Of a stretch of 39,061 nt of DNA, positions 1 through 5,491 are shown one piece after another. The DNA is taken from IMG/VR virus record IMGVR_UViG_3300020045_009867, positions 1-39,061 of that record; one strand, 5' to 3'. A program made the translations under genes and the position numbers. The DNA is from a virus (lineage: Duplodnaviria; Caudoviricetes). Under the pieces are notes generated by a model. It was not told the DNA's origin, ran no database searches, and was given only the letters and a program-made list of their open reading frames with translations. The first letter of the stretch is position 1. The number at the start of each line of letters is the position of its first letter.

Positions 1-121
1 TCGTGGTGGCAACGCGAAAGGTTTTTGAGGTGTTGGTTGCAATAAATTCCTCGTTGGTTGAAGCCAGACCAGCCCCACCGACATTCACGGCATCACCAAC
101 GGCAAAGATTTCAATCTCGCG
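1..121. repeat. Terminal direct repeat, left copy (121 bp); most likely assembly overlap of a circular or circularly permuted genome
   Basis: 1-121 is identical to 38941-39061, and an ORF reads through the junction. Confidence 0.95.
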
Positions 122-355
122 GGTGAGGTCGGTAAGGGTTCCAATTTTGGTCGCGCTGGAAATGGTGGCAACGATGGTCTGAGAACCGATATACCCGGTA
201 ACAAGAGCCGTATCCATGACCGGCAGAGGGTATGCAGGCGAAACAACCAGAGAGCCGGTCGGCCATGCGGTGTGGAGCGGGATGGCGTAAGCGGCAAAGG
301 CCACGATGAAAGCGAAGATGAGAGCATTCAGGGCATATTTGATGTAGTCGCGCAT
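1..355 (-). CDS. 5' part of a junction-spanning 139-aa protein with an N-terminal hydrophobic/signal segment (continues 38940->38876)
   Basis: Read manually: GGAGG RBS, ATG at 355, MRDYIKYALNALIFAFIVAFAAYAIPLH...; open across the junction to TAA at 38878-38876 (420 nt in total); not in the ORF track. Confidence 0.8.
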   Translation of the reverse strand, partial: MRDYIKYALNALIFAFIVAFAAYAIPLHTAWPTGSLVVSPAYPLPVMDTALVTGYIGSQTIVATISSATKIGTLTDLTREIEIFAVGDAVNVGGAGLASTNEEFIATNTSKTFRVATT

Positions 356-482
356 TTTGAAACCCTCCAATTTTTTAATGGTCAATTTAATAATCAGGCA
401 TTGCGAAAATAAAAACAATACCTATTGCTCAGTTAGAGCGGGTTGTGATACATTGTTAGTATCTGATACGGGAGGGGATGTG

Positions 483-662
483 ATGGCCGAGAAACCGCTA
501 ACGGTGAACGAGGTTGCCGATAGGCTTTGCTTGTCTGAGGTTCACATCAGAAGGCTTTTGCGGGATGGCAAGATCAAGGGCTTCAAGCGCGGTCTTGCGT
601 CATGGGGTGTTCGCCCGTCTGACCTGAAAGCCTTCGAGGACCGGGAGACAAAGAAGAAATGA
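483..662 (+). CDS. Excisionase/MerR-like helix-turn-helix DNA-binding protein
   Basis: LTVNEVADRLCLSEVHIRRLLRDGKIKGFK...WGV matches the HTH_17/Xis-like pattern; GGAGG RBS upstream of ATG 483. Confidence 0.8.
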   Translation: MAEKPLTVNEVADRLCLSEVHIRRLLRDGKIKGFKRGLASWGVRPSDLKAFEDRETKKK

Positions 663-1081
663 GCGACAAAATAGCTATAAAAATCATCGAGCTTTACGAA
701 AAAATAGAGACACTTGAAATCGGGACAAAAAATTTAAATGATGAAATCATCAAGATTTCAGCAGAACTAGATTTTAAAGAACGCCTTTTGGGAACGCTCA
801 AAGGATTTCTCATTAAAAATGATATTCCCCTTGGCGATAATCTTGCCGAAACAATTATCAAAGAAATGAACAGGCTAATCAACAATCAACCAAAAATATC
901 CATCCCAGATTTACCTGGATCAGAGGTTGATAAGCTCATCAATGCGAGCAATGCTGCAAAGGATAAGCTTGTTGAGGCATTCTTGGTTGAGAATAAATGT
1001 CTTCCTTCAGATGTTGAAATTTGCACACAGATTGATTTTGATGGCGTTAGTAAGGTTTGGTTAAGGAAGAGAGCCAAATGA
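659..1081 (+). CDS. Hypothetical protein with N-terminal coiled coil
   Basis: 140-aa ORF with ATGA-type overlaps at both ends. Confidence 0.65.
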   Translation: MSDKIAIKIIELYEKIETLEIGTKNLNDEIIKISAELDFKERLLGTLKGFLIKNDIPLGDNLAETIIKEMNRLINNQPKISIPDLPGSEVDKLINASNAAKDKLVEAFLVENKCLPSDVEICTQIDFDGVSKVWLRKRAK

Positions 1082-1260
1082 AAAAATCAAAGCTGAAGAA
1101 AAAAATAAAGGCTCTGAAGGCGAAACTTCGGGAAGCCATCATGACCATAAACTCATTTTCTGGTGGTAGTTATTTTGCGATAGCCTCAGACAACATCCCG
1201 GCAGGCTCATTTGTTAGCTATACGGGTCATGCTGTTGGGCCTTTTAGGCAACAACCATGA
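1078..1260 (+). CDS. Small basic hypothetical protein
   Basis: ATGA coupling to the genes on both sides. Confidence 0.5.
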   Translation: MKKSKLKKKIKALKAKLREAIMTINSFSGGSYFAIASDNIPAGSFVSYTGHAVGPFRQQP

Positions 1261-1622
1261 GCCTTGCCAGACGATACCAAAAGCTCTATAGGAAGATCCC
1301 CGGCATGGCTTGTATCCCTGGTTGTAGTGCTTGTTGCAAGGGCGTGACGGCAAGCAGATATGAGCTAGGCTTGCTTCCACTGACAAACAAGATCCCTCAT
1401 GGACCAGACATGATTCACCCATGCCCGTATGCTTCAAATGAAGGTTGCCGCTGTCACGAACAACGGCCATTTGTTTGCCGGATGTTCGGCGTCGTGGAAT
1501 CCATGCCATGTCCCAAAGGAATGAGCGGAGAATTTTTGACCCCGAAAAAAGAGGCAGAGCTTCGGGAAGAGTTCAGAAAGCTGGTTTGTCTCGATGGGAA
1601 GGAAGAGGTTTTTTTACTTTAG
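1257..1622 (+). CDS. YkgJ/UPF0153-family cysteine-cluster (CxxxCxxCC, putative Fe-S/Zn) protein
   Basis: CIPGCSACC...CPY...CRCHEQRPFVCRMFG motif. Confidence 0.8.
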   Translation: MSLARRYQKLYRKIPGMACIPGCSACCKGVTASRYELGLLPLTNKIPHGPDMIHPCPYASNEGCRCHEQRPFVCRMFGVVESMPCPKGMSGEFLTPKKEAELREEFRKLVCLDGKEEVFLL

Positions 1623-2156
1623 CCCCAACCATCTTGAGATAATCCCCTTGATGGCCTCGAAGTCTTCCGGGTCTCGGAACCCGATGAATGGGCGCGGTGG
1701 GATGTTGACTTGCTTTGCAAAAATGAATTCATTCAGCCCCAGACCCTTGGCTGTTCTCTTGCCGATCCCGCCCTTTCGAACGTCATCATAGAGCGGATTC
1801 TTCCAGCGGAGAAACTTACCATTTGTCGGCTTCACGATCCCGCCCAACTGCATGAGGCGAGCGTATTTTACGTTGGTCCCGGTGAAACATTCGGTCGGGG
1901 ATACGATGGCCGTTGTGATTGAATCCCGAAGTCTTCCGGTATCAACCAACGTCTGACCACCTTGCAGGCGCGCTCGAACCGACTGTCGCCACTTCTGACC
2001 ATCGGGTGATGACTGCCTGATGAAATTTGAGCGGATGGACTTTTCCATTTGCTTTCCGATGTTTTGCAATACCCTTTCAGTGTGGGCCATTTTGTCAATA
2101 ATCTTGTCCAGTTTTGCCCGGAACGATTCCCGGTTGATCTTGAATTTAATATGCAT
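1614..2156 (-). CDS. Mu gpG-like virion morphogenesis protein
   Basis: SPDGQKW, TLVDTGRLRDSI, GTNVKYA and IPPRPFIG motifs; follows the F gene. Confidence 0.9.
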   Translation of the reverse strand: MHIKFKINRESFRAKLDKIIDKMAHTERVLQNIGKQMEKSIRSNFIRQSSPDGQKWRQSVRARLQGGQTLVDTGRLRDSITTAIVSPTECFTGTNVKYARLMQLGGIVKPTNGKFLRWKNPLYDDVRKGGIGKRTAKGLGLNEFIFAKQVNIPPRPFIGFRDPEDFEAIKGIISRWLGLK

Positions 2157-3993
2157 AGAATTCCGCCTCTCGTTCTTTCAGGTCTTTTTCAAGGCGAGCA
2201 TCGGAAGCGGTGCCTGAATTAAAATCCCAACCAGGATCTATCCCTTCAGGAACTTTTTCAACCTTCCCGGTTCTGGGGTTTTCCCAATCATAATAGTTGA
2301 TTTCAGGAGCGCCCTTCACGCCTCCGAGTTTTCGTGAATCTTCTTTCGTGAGTTGGATCACGGAACAGCGGCAATTATGGACAACTCCACTTTCAACATG
2401 ATAAGTATTATCTTCTGGAATAGATAGGTTGTAAACTGTGCCGTTGTATGGTATCTTTGAAATGGAAATAATCTTACGGAGGGAAACATTATGGCAAGAC
2501 CTGGCCCAAGCGCTGAAATCATACAAAGAATTGAATCTATTGAGGGGCGAACCATCAAAGACGCCCTTGTTTTCGCCTACGTTGAAAACCTTTTGTCGTT
2601 CCGGACCATTTGTGCTAAATGGAAAATCAATAACAGAACTCTCATGCGTCTGATGAAATTCTTCAACATTCCCGTCAGACACGGTAGCGAGGCTGTTAAA
2701 ACGCAATGGATTGACAATGAGGCCAGGAAAAAAAAGACTGGCGACCTTATGAAAAACACCATGCTCAGAATGTCCTACGAAGGGAAGCACTCCCGCCTTG
2801 GAAAAACCAAAGAGAATTGCGAATGGGTTAGAAAAATTTCTGAAAAGCTTCGTCAATCCACATCCGCAAGACGACCAGAGGTTAGAAAGAAAATGAGTCA
2901 GGCCAGACTTTTGATGCACTCCGAAGATCCAATGACACATGTCATTTTTAAGGCGAAGAAGACGGCCCAGGAATCCAAGATGATCGACATTTTGACCGAT
3001 CTTGGAATTCGATCGGTTCATAATTTTTACATCGCCCCATTCTGGATTGATATCTTTCTTCCCGACATTGGAATCGGTATTGAGTGTGACAGATTCAGAT
3101 GCGGCCTGTCTTGGGCTCGCCATCGCGATATCACTTCTCATGGAATCAGGCTTTTTTATGTCTCCAATCGGCAAATAAAGATTGGGATGGTTGACGACTT
3201 CAAGCAATTCATCGCCGATTACAATTTGCGACGCTCTCATCCATCCTCTTGTAGTCAGGATACGGTGATTTGGGGTCGAAAAAGTTTCAACACCTTCAAT
3301 GGAATACCTGATCAATTCTCCATGAAACTCCGACAAGTGGACAAAATCTATCGGCTTGAAATTACCAGAACCGCCAAGGACTAAATCACCGACGGCCATA
3401 GAATCAATTCTTTTGAGGCCAGTTGGGGTTATGACTTTCACGTCTCCCCTGAAACAATTCCAGCCGTTCTTAGGGCTATGCGTCTTCCAAAATTCATGAT
3501 CCACCGGCAAGGTGATCCCATCCCAAGCGGCGTGCTCGTCCCTCGTCCTCATGTCCTGAGTCGCCACGTATCGCATCATGGGAAACTCATCTTTCGTTTC
3601 CTGCGCCTCTTCCCATCGGCCTTTTTCATAAGCAACGCCCATATTTTGACGGAAGATCAATTCAACCCGGCGCGGCGTCCCGAGCTCTGCTTCGACCACT
3701 TCCCCGGTATCAGGATCGACCGTTTCTTTCCAGCCGATCCAGCCCTTGGCTTCCATGAGCGGATAGATTTTATCTGTGAAGTCCTGCATGGTTTCACCGT
3801 TTTCGATGGCCACTTCAAGAGCGTCCTTCACGTCCTGAAGGAGTTCCACATCCATCATCTTGGCAACCGTGAAAGCTGTATCGTGATCCTCTTTCCAGAG
3901 GTCGGTCCACTTGAACGCAGGCGCAAGCCCTTTCTTTTTTAGGTAGGCTATCGCTTTCTCAGGCGGGACGGAAAAAATGTCAATCTCGTTCAT
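2146..3993 (-). CDS. Mu gp30/F-like minor head morphogenesis protein containing an intein (about 254 aa after splicing)
   Basis: AFTVAK, RYVATQDMRTRDEH and DPGWDFN motifs; removing the intein restores the canonical PKNGWN|CRC motif. Confidence 0.92.
   Translation of the reverse strand: MNEIDIFSVPPEKAIAYLKKKGLAPAFKWTDLWKEDHDTAFTVAKMMDVELLQDVKDALEVAIENGETMQDFTDKIYPLMEAKGWIGWKETVDPDTGEVVEAELGTPRRVELIFRQNMGVAYEKGRWEEAQETKDEFPMMRYVATQDMRTRDEHAAWDGITLPVDHEFWKTHSPKNGWNCFRGDVKVITPTGLKRIDSMAVGDLVLGGSGNFKPIDFVHLSEFHGELIRYSIEGVETFSTPNHRILTTRGWMRASQIVIGDELLEVVNHPNLYLPIGDIKKPDSMRSDIAMASPRQAASESVTLNTDSNVGKKDINPEWGDVKIMNRSNSKIGQNVDHLGFLGRLLRLKNDMCHWIFGVHQKSGLTHFLSNLWSSCGCGLTKLFRNFSNPFAILFGFSKAGVLPFVGHSEHGVFHKVASLFFPGLIVNPLRFNSLATVSDGNVEEFHQTHESSVIDFPFSTNGPERQKVFNVGENKGVFDGSPLNRFNSLYDFSAWARSCHNVSLRKIISISKIPYNGTVYNLSIPEDNTYHVESGVVHNCRCSVIQLTKEDSRKLGGVKGAPEINYYDWENPRTGKVEKVPEGIDPGWDFNSGTASDARLEKDLKEREAEFYAY
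2429..2457 (+). promoter_or_regulatory. Putative sigma70 promoter for the antisense nuclease, embedded in the intein block F coding sequence
   Basis: TTGTAA (2429-2434), 17 bp, TATCTT (2452-2457) with extended -10 TG; GGAGG at 2478-2482 before ATG 2491. Confidence 0.55.
2491..3384 (+). CDS. Putative homing endonuclease (HTH and NUMOD3-like basic repeats plus a Vsr/DUF559-like PD-(D/E)xK domain) encoded antisense inside the intein
   Basis: 297-aa ORF wholly within the intein; HTH-like LSFRTICAKWKINNRTLMRLMKFFNIPVR; NUMOD3-like VRKISEKLR and PEVRKKMSQAR; nuclease core TAQESKMIDIL...FWIDIFLPDIGIGIECD...RDITSHGIRLFYV; good RBS. Confidence 0.82.
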   Translation: MARPGPSAEIIQRIESIEGRTIKDALVFAYVENLLSFRTICAKWKINNRTLMRLMKFFNIPVRHGSEAVKTQWIDNEARKKKTGDLMKNTMLRMSYEGKHSRLGKTKENCEWVRKISEKLRQSTSARRPEVRKKMSQARLLMHSEDPMTHVIFKAKKTAQESKMIDILTDLGIRSVHNFYIAPFWIDIFLPDIGIGIECDRFRCGLSWARHRDITSHGIRLFYVSNRQIKIGMVDDFKQFIADYNLRRSHPSSCSQDTVIWGRKSFNTFNGIPDQFSMKLRQVDKIYRLEITRTAKD

Positions 3994-5483
3994 TTCTTCG
4001 CGGCGGCGGCTTCTTTGCGGCCCATGATTTTTGTTGAGAAAATGGCCTTCTGAACGTCTGCGGCGAAATCATTCACGGCTTCACCGCCCGACCTGTGAAG
4101 CCCGTTCAGTGCTTTCTTGAACGCGGCGGGGTCGCGGGTCGATTCGGCCAATGCAATCACCTGGCGCAATCGTTTTTCAATCGTCTTGCTCGAAGATTCC
4201 GCGAGTTTGGCGGCGGCCTTTTCAATCAAGGCTTCGTCTGATAGCGTCGCCTCTTCTGGGTTTTCGGAGAACCCTGTCGGATTTGTCGGCGGGCCACCTT
4301 GCGCTTGTGGGTCCATCTTGATGACTTCCTCGTCAGGCTTCGGAGTCGGGATATTATATTTTTCATAAAAATACGAAAGCGGTATGGGAAGCCCAAGACG
4401 TGCAAGGTTGGCATCCCGAAGCGAAGAAGAATAGTCAAGCCGCTCTTTTGCAAACACTCTCGAAAACTTCGGAGGCTTCGCGCCTGGGAAGTTGAATTCG
4501 GTCAACCAGGTGATGAGCGTCTGGTTGTAAACATCGGAAAGCATGTCGGCATCGGCCTTGATGACTTCGCTTGTGGTATCGGTCCTGGTGTCTTCTGCGG
4601 CCCTCGATCCCCCGAGCGCGTCCGAGGCATTCGAGAAGCCCAGAATACATTTCGAAATCTGAGAGTCGCACCACGCGCAGAGGCGGTCATAGGTATCAAC
4701 AGAGCCAGACCTTTGAGCCTCCCACATTTCCAGGAGCATCCCTTCAGGTATCGCTATCGCTGTTTGCTCACGGACGGCTTGGGCGGCCTGAAGAAGCTTA
4801 TTAACCTCAGCCTGGCCAGAGCCAGCCGGGTATGTGCCTTTGATGGCAGGCATCCCGAATCTTTCACAGAAAACATTCCACGAGGCCACGCCCTTACGCT
4901 TGAAGAACACAGGCCAAAAGAGCGCGTAGCCAAGGCCAAGGCCATACGGGCTATCGTTCTTCCCGCCGAATTTGAAATAGATGAATTTCCTTTCGGGGAG
5001 AGGTTGCCCTTTCCACATATCGGACTTCGTGAGCAGGTGCGGCTCGTTGGTTTCGGTGAATTTGTATCGGCGCTGATCAACGTGCTTCGACCTTGTTGGG
5101 ACGATCTGACCATCTTTTTCAGCCCAGATTATTTCCGGGATTGAGAAGCCTTTCAGGACACCATCAAGACAATTCTGGGAAAGCTCATCAAGCCTGAAGC
5201 CCTTCAGGATTTTGGTAATGCCTGAAGCGGCGTCAATATCCTTCTGGTCATCCGAGGCCGGGTCAACAACCCACTCTTTCGAGGTGTGCCCGAGAATCCG
5301 CTTTTGGAATTCGCTTTGAAGGTGGCAGTCTCGGAGAAGCTCGTCATAGATTCTATATGATTTCCCGGCCCCGCGAGTTTCCAGGGTGGAGTCATCCGGA
5401 TTGAGCATCCCGTCAAAAGACTGAAAAAACGGGTCTTTCGCAACCGTCACAACCTCGTTGAATAGCTCTTTCTTCGGTGCCAT
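3990..5483 (-). CDS. Portal protein, Mu gp29/DUF935 family
   Basis: PYGLGLGYALFWPVFFK, FCERFGMP, QISKCILG and NFPGAKPPKF motifs; directly follows TerL. Confidence 0.93.
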   Translation of the reverse strand: MAPKKELFNEVVTVAKDPFFQSFDGMLNPDDSTLETRGAGKSYRIYDELLRDCHLQSEFQKRILGHTSKEWVVDPASDDQKDIDAASGITKILKGFRLDELSQNCLDGVLKGFSIPEIIWAEKDGQIVPTRSKHVDQRRYKFTETNEPHLLTKSDMWKGQPLPERKFIYFKFGGKNDSPYGLGLGYALFWPVFFKRKGVASWNVFCERFGMPAIKGTYPAGSGQAEVNKLLQAAQAVREQTAIAIPEGMLLEMWEAQRSGSVDTYDRLCAWCDSQISKCILGFSNASDALGGSRAAEDTRTDTTSEVIKADADMLSDVYNQTLITWLTEFNFPGAKPPKFSRVFAKERLDYSSSLRDANLARLGLPIPLSYFYEKYNIPTPKPDEEVIKMDPQAQGGPPTNPTGFSENPEEATLSDEALIEKAAAKLAESSSKTIEKRLRQVIALAESTRDPAAFKKALNGLHRSGGEAVNDFAADVQKAIFSTKIMGRKEAAAAKK

Positions 5484-5491
5484 GCGCCCTC

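Larger units (their letters stand above)
2374..3456 (-). mobile_element. Intein in the gp30/F protein (361 aa, residues 180-540)
   Basis: Block A CFRGDVKVIT, block B TPNHRILTTRGW, block F VYNLSI, block G VVHN followed by Cys+1. Confidence 0.93.

Noticed and set aside
483-662. Xis-like HTH as evidence of an integration module
   Set aside because: No integrase or att site is recognisable; this HTH family is often purely regulatory
4299-5144. 281-aa antisense ORF within the portal gene
   Set aside because: No recognisable motif or RBS; consistent with a shadow ORF, unlike the intein-nested ORFs that carry clear nuclease signatures
1614-5483. Classification as a transposable Mu-like phage
   Set aside because: Only the head genes are Mu-like; no MuA/MuB and no host DNA at the ends, and replication uses an initiator plus DnaB
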